64,000 nucleotides of DNA, from the NCBI GenBank assembly GCA_051251855.1, contig JBPOGI010000005.1, positions 32,001 to 96,000 of the forward strand. The letters are read 5' to 3'. The notes under the pieces are model-generated. The model saw only the letters and a program-made list of their open reading frames with translations. It did not search any database and was not told the origin of the DNA. The translations under genes and the position numbers were made by a program. Of the stretch, positions 28,482-37,877 are shown in pieces. Positions within the stretch are counted from its first letter, which is position 1; each line of letters begins with the position of its first letter. The stretch is from Roseibacillus sp. (lineage in GTDB: Bacteria > Verrucomicrobiota > Verrucomicrobiia > Verrucomicrobiales > Akkermansiaceae).

Positions 28482-29270
28482 TTAATGTGCGACTTTCCCC
28501 GGTTGCCCCACAAAACGCTGGTAGTTGGCTGCCAGTTTTTCTTTTAACTCATTTTCTGGTGTTTCTAGCAGACGGGCAAGTGGAGGGAGAAAGAGGGGCT
28601 GGTTGGCAGGATGGTTTTGCTTGTTGGGTAGGGGGATGGAGATGAATTCTTGAGGCGGGAGCATGGAGGGGGCGTCTGTTTCGAGAAGCAATCGGTCGGT
28701 GGGGATGATTCGGAAGGTTTCGCGGACGGAGCCTTTGCGGTCGTGTAGGAAGTAGCCGTTGAAGGAGAAGTAGGCTCCGAGTTTGGTGAAGGTGGGAACC
28801 ATTTCGGTGCTGCCGGAATAGGCGTGAAGAAGAATGGGTGGTAGGTCTGGTTCGTCTTCTAACAGTTCTAAGAGGGGTCCCCAGGCTTTCAGGCAATGAA
28901 TGGTGAGAGGGCGTTTGAGTTCGCGGGCGAGATGGATTTGAGCGCGTAGGCAGTCGATTTGGTCGGAGAGGTCGAAGGGTTTTTTCCAGCGGTCGAGCCC
29001 GCATTCCCCGATAGCGGCGTGGCGGTTTTGGAGGAGGAACTCTCGCAATGTTTGGAGCCAGTTCTCTGAGCGGTCTGGCACGTTCCACGGGTGAAGACCA
29101 AAGGAAGGAGTGAGCTGGTCGGGGTGCGTTGCACAGAGTCGGGCGACTTGGGGCCAGTCTTGCTCACTGGTGCCGTTGACGAGCATGTGGGTGACTCCTG
29201 ACTCGGTGGCTTGGTCGAGTATTTTTACCGGATCAGAGAATTGCTGCAGATGGTTGTGAGCATCAATCAC
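28482..29270 (-). CDS. TatD family DNase/hydrolase
   Basis: GTG start overlapping the selU stop (GTGA); IDAHNH, GLHPW, IGECGLD, TIHC, LHAY, LLETDAP. Confidence 0.92.
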   Translation of the reverse strand: MIDAHNHLQQFSDPVKILDQATESGVTHMLVNGTSEQDWPQVARLCATHPDQLTPSFGLHPWNVPDRSENWLQTLREFLLQNRHAAIGECGLDRWKKPFDLSDQIDCLRAQIHLARELKRPLTIHCLKAWGPLLELLEDEPDLPPILLHAYSGSTEMVPTFTKLGAYFSFNGYFLHDRKGSVRETFRIIPTDRLLLETDAPSMLPPQEFISIPLPNKQNHPANQPLFLPPLARLLETPENELKEKLAANYQRFVGQPGKVAH

Positions 29271-30313
29271 AAGCTGAGGAGGGTTTGAGTCGCTTCTTGA
29301 AAGGAGTGGTCGCTGTGGTCGGCGATTTCGAGAGTCTTCTGCGGGCTCTGGTAGTTGGAGCCTTCGTTGCCGACCGGTCGGTAGCAAAGGTCGTAGTGGT
29401 CGCGAAGGATGGACTGGAGGAAGGCGGGCCAATCTTGGGCAGCGATAAGTTGGTGCCACTGATCGACTTGCTTGTGACCGCGCAAGGAGCGGAGCTTGTC
29501 GAGGAGTTGGCAGAGGTCGTCGGGTTCGTTGAGGAAGCGGGGGTAGTCGTCGAGGAGGAGTTGGGCGCGACTGGGAAGGGGTAGGCAAACTTCAGTGACG
29601 GTGGCGGTGGCGAGCTTCTTCCACAGGGGAGCGGGGAGGCTGCGGGCACCGATGCGGTTGGACTCGGCTTCGACGAAGACGGTTCGCTCAGGGTCAAAGG
29701 CTTGCATCGCTTGGTGGATGGAGCTTTCGAAAAGTTTTTGGGAAGGCTGGGGGCCGACGTTGCCCAAGAGTGAGCCGCGGTGGTTGGCGAGGGCTTCGAG
29801 GTCGAGGACTTGAGCTCCCGATTGTTGGAGGTGGTGAAGGAGACGGGTTTTTCCAGTACCTGTGAATCCGGCGAGGACGTGGAAGTGGGGCAGGGGATCG
29901 GAAAGACGTTTGGTGAGGTCTTGCAGGACGAATTTGCGGTAGCTCTTGTAGCCGCCCTCAAGAACGCGGGCACGCCATCCGATGGAGCGCAGGATGTGGG
30001 TGAAGGAGCGGGAGCGGAGTCCGCCGCGCCAGCAGTAGAGAAGGGGGTGGTGCTTGCTGTCCCAGATTTTCTCTAAGGTGAGCAGGTGGTCTGCTGAATT
30101 AAGGGAGATATAGCGGGCGCCAAGAACACGGCCTGCGAAGGGATTCTCTTTGTAGAGGGTGCCGACCTCGACGCGCTGTTCATTGGTGAGAACGGGAAGA
30201 TTGATAGCGCCGGGAAGATGGTCTTCCTCGAACTCGAGGGGGGTTCTGACATCTATGATGCTGGAGAATTCCTCCAAGGGATGGGGGAGGGAAATGGTTT
30301 CGAGGTCCTGCAT
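29267..30313 (-). CDS. selU: tRNA 2-selenouridine synthase
   Basis: Rhodanese IDVRTP.EF..DH.PGA.N.P, VGTLYK, YCWRGGLRS, GGYK.YR; P-loop G.TGTGKT; DLE.LA.HRGS; EAES.RIG. Confidence 0.95.
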   Translation of the reverse strand: MQDLETISLPHPLEEFSSIIDVRTPLEFEEDHLPGAINLPVLTNEQRVEVGTLYKENPFAGRVLGARYISLNSADHLLTLEKIWDSKHHPLLYCWRGGLRSRSFTHILRSIGWRARVLEGGYKSYRKFVLQDLTKRLSDPLPHFHVLAGFTGTGKTRLLHHLQQSGAQVLDLEALANHRGSLLGNVGPQPSQKLFESSIHQAMQAFDPERTVFVEAESNRIGARSLPAPLWKKLATATVTEVCLPLPSRAQLLLDDYPRFLNEPDDLCQLLDKLRSLRGHKQVDQWHQLIAAQDWPAFLQSILRDHYDLCYRPVGNEGSNYQSPQKTLEIADHSDHSFQEATQTLLSL

Positions 30314-30366
30314 CGGGTTGGGAAACTTGTGCCATGGAACGGGAGCGAAGCCAACCTCTCCTCGCT

Positions 30367-30408
30367 AAATAAAGGCACCCGGAGAGTCCGAAGACTCCAC
30401 CGGGTACC
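30367..30408 (-). terminator. Rho-independent terminator downstream of the LysM gene
   Basis: Minus-strand GGTACCCGGTGGAGTC-TTCG-GACTCTCCGGGTGCC followed by TTTATTT. Confidence 0.8.
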
Positions 30409-30446
30409 ATCTCTGCCTTGCCGTTAGAGAGTGTCTAAAAGGTGAA

Positions 30447-31256
30447 TTAAATGCCGGGCACGTAAATCTCTGAGCCTTTGGCTAAGATGGTGGTCGGCTT
30501 GAGGCTCCAGCCATTGAGCTCGTTGAGCTGTTTGGTGGAGGTGCGGTGTCTGCTGGCAAGAGCTCCGAAGGAGATTTCCTTGCTGACCATAACGGAAGAT
30601 ATGGCGGAAGGGACCTCGGTCTTCTTCTCGGCGATGAGGTTAGGCTTGGCCTTGGGCTCAGAAACAGGGGTGCTGAGTGGGGCTGGGGTTGGTTTGGCGG
30701 CCGCCTCAGTTTTTGGTTTGGCTGCCGGAGGAGTCGTTTTGGCGATGACGGGCATGGGCTTGGCTGCCTTGGGCTTTGGAGTAGCCTTGGGTTTAGCAAC
30801 TGTCTTTGGCTTCGGAGTGGCCTTGGGCTTGCTGTTGACAGCTCCCTTGGTCTGAATTTTTTGTCCCACAGACAACTGAGAAGGATTAAGACCGGGGTTG
30901 AGGCTGGTCAACTGAGAGACGGAGAGACCGTGCTTGCGAGCGATGGAGTAAAGAGTCTCTCCAGCTTTCACCGAGTAGTTACCGGTGGTTTTTGAGGGAG
31001 TGGACTTCGCCTTTGGCTTAGAGGAGGTGGTTGGCTTTGCGCTCGAACTACTGACCTTCAAGACTTGGCCAATTTTGAGAAGGTTAGGATTAGAGATTCC
31101 ATTATCTCTCATCAGCTGGCTGGAGGTGGTGCCGTTTTTGCGGGCAATAGATGAAAGGGTGTCACCAGATTGAACCTTGTAGGTGCTGGCGGCTTGGAGG
31201 GATGCTGCCAAGAGGGGCAACAGGGCAAGTTGGAGAAGCTTTGGCAAGGCGTTCAT
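30447..31256 (-). CDS. Secreted multi-LysM peptidoglycan-binding protein with Lys/Pro/Ala-rich linker
   Basis: YKVQSGDTLSSIARK, YSVKAGETLYSIARK, a degenerate third LysM at the C-terminus, KPKATPKPK repeats. Confidence 0.9.
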   Translation of the reverse strand: MNALPKLLQLALLPLLAASLQAASTYKVQSGDTLSSIARKNGTTSSQLMRDNGISNPNLLKIGQVLKVSSSSAKPTTSSKPKAKSTPSKTTGNYSVKAGETLYSIARKHGLSVSQLTSLNPGLNPSQLSVGQKIQTKGAVNSKPKATPKPKTVAKPKATPKPKAAKPMPVIAKTTPPAAKPKTEAAAKPTPAPLSTPVSEPKAKPNLIAEKKTEVPSAISSVMVSKEISFGALASRHRTSTKQLNELNGWSLKPTTILAKGSEIYVPGI

Positions 31257-31523
31257 GACAGAGAAGGTTATGACAAAAGTGCGGCCTTTGGTCAAATTAA
31301 TTTTTAACATTTCCTAACTAATTTCAAAAAGTTTTATGTCCGCGAGGCTCAATGCCTTGTAGGATAGGAATTTCGTTGTTGGATGGCAAAGGGGGCGGAA
31401 GATGCGGAGAGCCCTGCCATTGCTCAATAAAAACAAGGGGGAAAGAGTGTCTTAGCGTGCTCGCGGCGTTGCTAACCCCTCTGAGATCGCCGTTCTAAAG
31501 GTGGTTTCAGTTGAGAATGGAGG

Positions 31524-32057
31524 ATGTCGGGTTACCTTGAATTGATGCTTAAGGCCTATTGTCCTCGTCCTCTCGTTCCTGCTGCTATTTTTATTTTGTT
31601 GGCTGGTGCCGTTTTTTGCAAGGAGCCTAAAAACGCGAATCCAGCACTCACCATTGAAGAGGCAAAGTTCCAAATGGTGCAGCTCTATTTGGCGCAAGAG
31701 AACCCAATGCCCAAGTTGAGAACGAAATATCCCGAACTGAGGGCTGCGGATAAGGCGTCGCTTGCGGCTGGGAGAGAGTTGCGGGAGGCTGCTCAAGCTC
31801 ACCCTCAGCTTAAAGAACGCTTCGAGGCGATTGCTGATTCGGAGGCATCCATCCCTGAGAAGATGAAGCTTTGGCAACCGCTCTTTGCTGAAGCGGAGAA
31901 GATTGCCGACTTGAAGGACTTTCAGAGAAAATATGATCACGCCCGAGTGGGCGCCTTGAAGGCTGAAATGGAAGCGATTCGGAAGGAGGGCTTTGTTGAG
32001 CTCGCCCAAAAGATGAAGGATATTTTGGCTCAAGTTGAGGGCCAAGAGAAGAAGTGA
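31524..32057 (+). CDS. Hypothetical secreted helical protein
   Basis: Signal-like hydrophobic stretch followed by a charged all-alpha sequence. Start uncertain (31524 or 31545). Confidence 0.65.
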   Translation: MSGYLELMLKAYCPRPLVPAAIFILLAGAVFCKEPKNANPALTIEEAKFQMVQLYLAQENPMPKLRTKYPELRAADKASLAAGRELREAAQAHPQLKERFEAIADSEASIPEKMKLWQPLFAEAEKIADLKDFQRKYDHARVGALKAEMEAIRKEGFVELAQKMKDILAQVEGQEKK

Positions 32058-32208
32058 GAAGGAAGAGGCAAGCAATAGTGCTGTTGTCGCCGTTGGGTCG
32101 ATGTGATGGTTGAGGGGTGAGATGGCGAACTCACCGGAGGTGGAGGACTTAAGTCGACCCTCCTATCTTGAAGAAGCGTGGCCTTCCCTGTTAGAGACGC
32201 TTTTTAAG

Positions 32209-32361
32209 TTAGAGAAGCGGGCGGTCGAGGCCTTGAGTGCGAATGGTTTCGTTGAGCATCTCTCGCTCCATTTCGCTCATTGGTGAAGTCGCTTCGTCTT
32301 TTTGGGATGAGCAGGCTGCGAGGGTGAGGATAATCGGTAGTAGAAGTAGAAGAGATTTCAT
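32209..32361 (-). CDS. Small lipoprotein, 50 aa (not in ORF track)
   Basis: MKSLLLLLPIILTLAAC-SSQKDEATSPMSEMEREMLNETIRTQGLDRPLL*. Canonical LAAC lipobox. Co-oriented 37 bp after the EEP gene. Confidence 0.7.
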   Translation of the reverse strand: MKSLLLLLPIILTLAACSSQKDEATSPMSEMEREMLNETIRTQGLDRPLL

Positions 32362-32398
32362 GAGAGCAGTCGGAAGACTAAGGTATTAGGAACTATTT

Positions 32399-33157
32399 TC
32401 ACAAAGGAAAATCCTTGTCTGAGAGAGAGAGTTTGGCAGAGAGGCCGAAGTGATCGGAAGGATAGTCGGTTTGCCCTTTTTCGTTGTGAACTTTGGTTTG
32501 CTCGGCGGACCAGTGGTTTGAGATGAGGATGTGGTCGAGGGTGCGCAGGGGAAGTCCTCGAAAGTGAAAGGTGGCTTCTTTGTCGGTGTGGGTAGGACGG
32601 AGACCGATGTCTTGGAGGCGTTGTATGGCGGGCCAGTGGGCTGGGCAATTAAAGTCACCGGTAACGATTTGGGGATGTGTGATTGTTTGGAAGGTCTTTG
32701 CGAGAAGGTCAGCCGCCTTGATCTGGGCGTAGGGATGGAGTTGGAGGTGGAGATTGTGAACGTCAAAGAGGGTGCTAGTGTCGTGATCTTGGAGTTGGAC
32801 TGAGCTACAGATACGTGGAAAGGCTTCGCCCCATCCTTTGCTGGGAACCTCTGGGGTGGGGCTGATCCAGAAAGTGTTTTTGCCCAAAAGTTGAAAGCGT
32901 TCTTTTCGGAAAAAGAGGACGCAGTGTTCACCCTTGGATTGGCCGTCTTCTCTTCCGACCCCGTAGGATTGGTGGTGGGGGAAGAGTTCTTGAAAGAAGA
33001 GAAGTTGATTGGGAAGGACCTCTTGAAGACAGATGAGGTCGAAGTTGGTTGAGTGGAGAAGTTCGTGAAAGGCGGCGCTTCTTTTAGTCCAATGGTTGGT
33101 GAGAAGTCCGGTGTTTTCGCGAAGGATATTCCAAGTCAGAACAGACAGAGAACGCAT
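32399..33157 (-). CDS. Endonuclease/exonuclease/phosphatase (EEP) family protein
   Basis: TWNI, DLICLQE, GR.DG...GE, TGDFN, LDHI, PSDH. Confidence 0.92.
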   Translation of the reverse strand: MRSLSVLTWNILRENTGLLTNHWTKRSAAFHELLHSTNFDLICLQEVLPNQLLFFQELFPHHQSYGVGREDGQSKGEHCVLFFRKERFQLLGKNTFWISPTPEVPSKGWGEAFPRICSSVQLQDHDTSTLFDVHNLHLQLHPYAQIKAADLLAKTFQTITHPQIVTGDFNCPAHWPAIQRLQDIGLRPTHTDKEATFHFRGLPLRTLDHILISNHWSAEQTKVHNEKGQTDYPSDHFGLSAKLSLSDKDFPL

Positions 33158-33160
33158 GCG

Positions 33161-33871
33161 CTACTCCTCCTCGAATTTGGGAAGGCGCCAAGGGGGAGTT
33201 TCTTGATAGCAATTGATAGAGGTGCGTCCGTTGCGAGTGTTTTTGTAGGCGATGGCGAGATTCCGTAGATTGGGCAGGGCGCGCCAAGTCGTTGAGGAAA
33301 CGGCGCGCCATTTGCGCTCGCCTTCGATGGGAACGTAGATGCGGGCGGTGGCCTGATTGAGGTCGTTGACCTTGGTTGCGATAGGGAACTTCTGAATTTT
33401 TCCGGGAGCGACAGTCTTGTCGTGTTCGCCCAGGGTGATGCGCGTGTTCTCGGGAGAGAGGTTGACGATCATGGTGGAGCCCATGGGAAAGTTTTGTTCA
33501 GACTCGTCTATGACCAAGACGCGATAGGGCATCTCTTTATTGCCAGACGGAATGAAGATGGCGGCTAGGCGATTGCCGCTGGGGAGCTTGCCTACGCCGA
33601 TGGTGCGGTAGGATGTCTCGCCAGTGGGGCTATCGCTTGGGATGGCAAAGGTGAGTTTGTCGCCGACGACTTGAGCGGGGATTTCGTCGGAGTAGATGGA
33701 GAGGTAGAGGGGAACGGCCAGAGGCACGGGGCTCTCTGGGTTTCCGGTCATCAACATCACTTCTTTGTCGGAGCCGACTCGCTTGAAGCAGAGGGTGCGC
33801 AGTGAGATTTTACGAGGATCTTGAGCGCCAACGATAGTGGCGAGGAGAAGCAGGAGGCAGAGAATACGCAT
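33161..33871 (-). CDS. Hypothetical secreted protein coupled to the giant pseudopilin
   Basis: Signal peptide, beta-rich, FP.GS..IVNLS motif. Lies directly downstream of the pseudopilin gene. Confidence 0.7.
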   Translation of the reverse strand: MRILCLLLLLATIVGAQDPRKISLRTLCFKRVGSDKEVMLMTGNPESPVPLAVPLYLSIYSDEIPAQVVGDKLTFAIPSDSPTGETSYRTIGVGKLPSGNRLAAIFIPSGNKEMPYRVLVIDESEQNFPMGSTMIVNLSPENTRITLGEHDKTVAPGKIQKFPIATKVNDLNQATARIYVPIEGERKWRAVSSTTWRALPNLRNLAIAYKNTRNGRTSINCYQETPPWRLPKFEEE

Positions 33872-33922
33872 AGAGAAAAGGTGTGTGAGAGAGGTCGCCG
33901 GGTCAAACGTCCTCTTGAGAAC

Positions 33923-36900
33923 TTAGAGCCAACGGAAGGATCGGACGACAAAGCGGCGACCAAAGCGCTCGTTGACTTCGTTTTCGATCGCGTATTCACC
34001 ATCTTCTAAAGTGCCATCGGTGGGAGTCGGTTTGGCTGCTAGGTTCTTCTCGGGGGCAAGGTAGTCGGGGAGCCGTTGTACGACGGCTTCGCAGGAGGCA
34101 GTGGCGAGAATACGGCCGGACTTGTCCTTAAAATCTCCATAGGCTCGAACGACGAAGGTGTCGCCCCGCACGGTGAGGGAGTTGCCGATGACGCCGAGGA
34201 GGTCGGCTTGGCTGAGGTAGGCTGCGGCGGCTGCTTCGGTATCGCCTTCGGCAGCCTCGGGGAAGGCGTATTCGATATCGGTAGCTTCTGCCTTGGTGAT
34301 TTCGCGATCGGGTTGGATCTGATCGTTTACCCCCGCATCGATGATGGCTTGTTCGAGAGCTCCACGCAGAGCGAGGGGATCGGTGCTGGTGGTGAGCTGA
34401 CGGTTGAGGAATTCGGACATCGAGGTGAAGGGGCCGCGCTGGCGAACGTTTTGGACAATGCTCTCAGCGAGGGTCTGTGCCTGTGCTTGGTCCAGTTCGC
34501 GGAAGCCGGTCCAGCGGACTTGGTTTTCGATGAAGCCGGCATCGACGTCGATGAATCCCGAGGGGGAATCGAGCGAGCGGGGAAAGGCGGTCGCGGTGGA
34601 GTTGACGGTCGAAGCTTCTAAATCGAGAGGATTGAAAAGAGGGATTTCTGCTCCGGTATGGGAGAGGAGGAGGGCTTTCCATGCTTCGACAGAAGTGGAG
34701 TTGACGTTAAAGGGCCCTCGGAGCATTTGGAAGGCGGCTGTGGTGTTCCAGCCTTCGCTACTTTGGTAAAGAGTCTCGGCTGACGTGTTGGATTGGCCTT
34801 TAGGGAGGTAGCTCTCAGAGCGGGAATTGTAGGGGACGGGGTCGCCATCGAGGAAGAGGGCGAGTTCACTGCTATCGCGTAAGCCTGAGAGGTAGAAGTG
34901 ATCGAAGAGGGAATTGTTCGCCATCCACGAGTGGTCGAGGGTCTGATACTCGAAGGCATTGGAGCTGCCTCCCAGGGCGTCACCAAGGGCGCGGTCAGAA
35001 GGCAGGAGAGGGTGAGCATGGGAGCTTCCAACGGTGAGACCGGGCATGGGGAGGTGGCCAGAGGAGGCGAGGTTGGCATTACGGAATTGCACGAGGTTGG
35101 TCACGGGGGTGCGAGGGACCTCAATGCTCGTGTAGTTGGTGAAGCCTTTGTCGAAGGACCAACCGGAGAAGTAGGGGGTGCGCGGGTCACTATCGCTCAC
35201 AACTTCGATAGAGCCCACGTTGCCCGTGGATCCGCTACCGGCGAGAACGGGCAGGAAGGAGAGCTCCATCGGCATCTGGGCGGGGTGAGCTTCGGTAATG
35301 TCCATATCGAGAACGTTGTGAACGAAGGAGGTGTCCTGACCTGGTTTGGTGGGGAAGAGGGAGTCGTGAGAAGTACGAGTCGATAGCGAGAATACGGCAA
35401 ACTGCTTGGGGCCAGTCCACTGCTCGACTGGGGTAGAGGTTACGGCTGGTTGGTAGAGTTCGCGGAAGGAGAAGGCCTTCTCTCTCTCGTAAGGGTAACT
35501 GATTTGGCCAAGTTCGGGATGCTCTCCGAGCTCGAAGGCTTCTTGAAGACGAGCTTCGGCTTGAGCGGTTGAGTCACCTGCTTCGGCGTAGGTATATCGG
35601 TAGGCCCCGATTTGTTGGGGACGGTTGCTTCCGTTCACGGAGGCTGAAATGCTGACTGAAAAATTGGTCATGGCACTACCGCGACTGTTGGTGGGAACAG
35701 AGGGGGTAATCGCCACATTGATGTTATCGTTTCCGCGGGTGCCGAATACGTTGGTGTATGCGTCGGCGGTCCGACTAGCACTGTTGGGAATGAGCCAATC
35801 GACAAGGAAACCTGAGTTTCCGTCGTTATAACCGGGGGCGGTTGTCATATCGAGGGTCTTGCTAGTACCTGCTTGATCAGCGCGCCAAAGATAGTTGGTC
35901 ATGTTAGACCAACGAGTGCCCGGAGGATGATTGACGCCGAAGACGCGTGATTCACCGGGACCGAGCTCGACCGGCATTTGGGAGCGTTGGCTTTCATCTC
36001 CGGTGAGGGTGGCTTGGAATTCATCATCGAAGGAGCGATCTCCGTCGTAGTAGGAGTGGAGTTGGGAGAGGAGGCCAAACTCCGAGGTCTGGGCGACACC
36101 GTTTCGGTAGAATTTGAATCCTAAGGGGAGGTGCTTAAAGGAGACCGTCATGTTCTCGACCTTGATGGGAGAATTGTAGGGATTGTAGAGGGTGACGACG
36201 GGGGTGTAGATGAGGTAGACCATCTGGTTGCGCTGGCGGTCGCCGCTCTTGTTTGGGATGGTGGTCGCCCAGTGACCGTGGGCCTCGCGTCCAATGAGAG
36301 AGAAGACTAGATTGATGCGAGAGACGATGGGGGAAACTACCACGCCATCGACGGGAACCGGCACAGGGATGCTATCGCGGGTGCGTCGATCGACCTCAAA
36401 GGGCTCGTAGTCTTCAGGGATAGAGACCTCCATCTCGGTCTTCGGGTCGGAGTAATCTTGATAAAGTTGGTAGTAGCCGCGCAGGGTAGAGAGGTAGGGT
36501 TCGCCTGGTGCTAGGGCGGTCTTCGACTGGGAATAGAGAAAGAGGTCTGCCGTGGGGTCGGAGTTGCTTTCGAAAGCGGTGGTGAGGTCTCGCTTCAGTC
36601 CACCATCGACGGTATTGGAGAGAACACCGAGAGACCAAGGGGTGATATCGTGGAAGTGGGACAGGAAATCCTTGGGGGAGCCTCCGAGTGAAAGGGCGCC
36701 AGTTTCGTAAGAAGCGATTTTTGCTGATTCGTCTTCGGTGAAGGCCTTTCCGACGCCTTCGATGTGCTCGACTCCGCTGCGCTCGGGATTGCGAATGCGG
36801 TCGCGTTGAATATTTTCTATGGAGACGTTTTCAATACCTGCGACAGTCGTCTTAGGAAGGTCGAAGCGCGCTTTGACGCTTTCGTCGATGGTTGCCCAAG

Positions 36901-37459
36901 CAATACCCCCAGTGCCGCCATTGGTAGAAAGAACGGTGGCGGTAACATCGCTGTTGTCGTTGTTGTCGGGGATTTCGAGCAAGGTCACGATTTGCTCGGC
37001 GGCGATGTCGGAGACTCGGGAGACTGAGGGCTGGTTGCCGTAAGAGTCCGAGTTGAGCCAGGTGACAAATTCGCCGTCGGGATCGTTGCTACTTTGGCTG
37101 CGAGTCTTGGAAGTTGTGAGATTCTGGCCCCCTTGGGGAAGGAGGGCAAGCGACTCCCAGACGCCGGTGATTGCTGAAGAAGAGTTGATGTTTTGAGCGA
37201 GGATATTGGCAGGAGCGGTGACTCGTTGGTCGGGACCTGCTGCTTTTTGGAGTTGTCCAATAGCGAGATTGAGAGCGAGGCGGGCATTGGCGCGGGCCTC
37301 TAATTGAGCTCTTGCGGTTCCACTTGAACGCAGGACTGTGGAGGAGAGAGAAAGGAGTCCGACCGCGATGAGGGAGAGGAGAATCATCATGGTGACCGTT
37401 ACGATCAGGGAAAATCCCGCCTTGTTTGAATGTTGGGCGAGTGGAAGGCAGGGTTTCAT
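33923..37459 (-). CDS. Giant PilX/GspK-like minor pseudopilin (Verru_Chthon cassette protein A-like)
   Basis: Class III signal K-A-G|FSLIVTVTMMILL; ARANARLAL..AIGQLQ..AGPDQRVTA; FNVNSTSVEAWKA; RGPF.SMSEF.NR; RGDTF.VRAYG; FGRRF.V.SFRWL. Confidence 0.8.
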   Translation of the reverse strand: MKPCLPLAQHSNKAGFSLIVTVTMMILLSLIAVGLLSLSSTVLRSSGTARAQLEARANARLALNLAIGQLQKAAGPDQRVTAPANILAQNINSSSAITGVWESLALLPQGGQNLTTSKTRSQSSNDPDGEFVTWLNSDSYGNQPSVSRVSDIAAEQIVTLLEIPDNNDNSDVTATVLSTNGGTGGIAWATIDESVKARFDLPKTTVAGIENVSIENIQRDRIRNPERSGVEHIEGVGKAFTEDESAKIASYETGALSLGGSPKDFLSHFHDITPWSLGVLSNTVDGGLKRDLTTAFESNSDPTADLFLYSQSKTALAPGEPYLSTLRGYYQLYQDYSDPKTEMEVSIPEDYEPFEVDRRTRDSIPVPVPVDGVVVSPIVSRINLVFSLIGREAHGHWATTIPNKSGDRQRNQMVYLIYTPVVTLYNPYNSPIKVENMTVSFKHLPLGFKFYRNGVAQTSEFGLLSQLHSYYDGDRSFDDEFQATLTGDESQRSQMPVELGPGESRVFGVNHPPGTRWSNMTNYLWRADQAGTSKTLDMTTAPGYNDGNSGFLVDWLIPNSASRTADAYTNVFGTRGNDNINVAITPSVPTNSRGSAMTNFSVSISASVNGSNRPQQIGAYRYTYAEAGDSTAQAEARLQEAFELGEHPELGQISYPYEREKAFSFRELYQPAVTSTPVEQWTGPKQFAVFSLSTRTSHDSLFPTKPGQDTSFVHNVLDMDITEAHPAQMPMELSFLPVLAGSGSTGNVGSIEVVSDSDPRTPYFSGWSFDKGFTNYTSIEVPRTPVTNLVQFRNANLASSGHLPMPGLTVGSSHAHPLLPSDRALGDALGGSSNAFEYQTLDHSWMANNSLFDHFYLSGLRDSSELALFLDGDPVPYNSRSESYLPKGQSNTSAETLYQSSEGWNTTAAFQMLRGPFNVNSTSVEAWKALLLSHTGAEIPLFNPLDLEASTVNSTATAFPRSLDSPSGFIDVDAGFIENQVRWTGFRELDQAQAQTLAESIVQNVRQRGPFTSMSEFLNRQLTTSTDPLALRGALEQAIIDAGVNDQIQPDREITKAEATDIEYAFPEAAEGDTEAAAAAYLSQADLLGVIGNSLTVRGDTFVVRAYGDFKDKSGRILATASCEAVVQRLPDYLAPEKNLAAKPTPTDGTLEDGEYAIENEVNERFGRRFVVRSFRWL

Positions 37460-37877
37460 GGTTCTCAATGTAAAGACGGCTTTTAGTAGTAACTGCGTTA
37501 ACAACAGATTTTTTGCAAAGAAAATCAAATTAACTGACTCTGAATATACATTGTAAACTTTCCAATGCGAGTTTTAATTTGGTTGAAGTAAGGGCTGGGA
37601 GGTCGATTTCGCTGATGGTTGTTGGTCTAGCCCTGATCCAAAAAAGGAGGACGTTTTTTAAACACTTCGTATGAGAGAGTTCTCAACAGCAGTCGAAGAA
37701 CGGACCTCCCTTCACTCGTTAGGCTTGTTGTTAGTCATTTGAAATGGGCTCGATAGCAAAAGCTGAAACTGTGCTGCGGCTTCTATTTCGAAGCGAATCT
37801 CGCTTGCAAGTCTCTGCCGCGAAGCTCCGTAGACTTGTCTCGGGATATTACGCGTAATAGCCTGAATCAGCATTTCT

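Noticed and set aside
29271..29588. Long N-terminal extension of the TatD ORF (368 aa)
   Set aside because: Lies inside selU in another frame. A GTG start at 29270 coupled to the selU stop gives a normal TatD.
32060..32200. Hairpins (GGTGAG/CTCACC, GGGTCGA/TCGACCC) considered as tRNA-Sec or another ncRNA
   Set aside because: No UCA anticodon arm, T-loop or CCA end. Probably just terminator-like structure between convergent genes.
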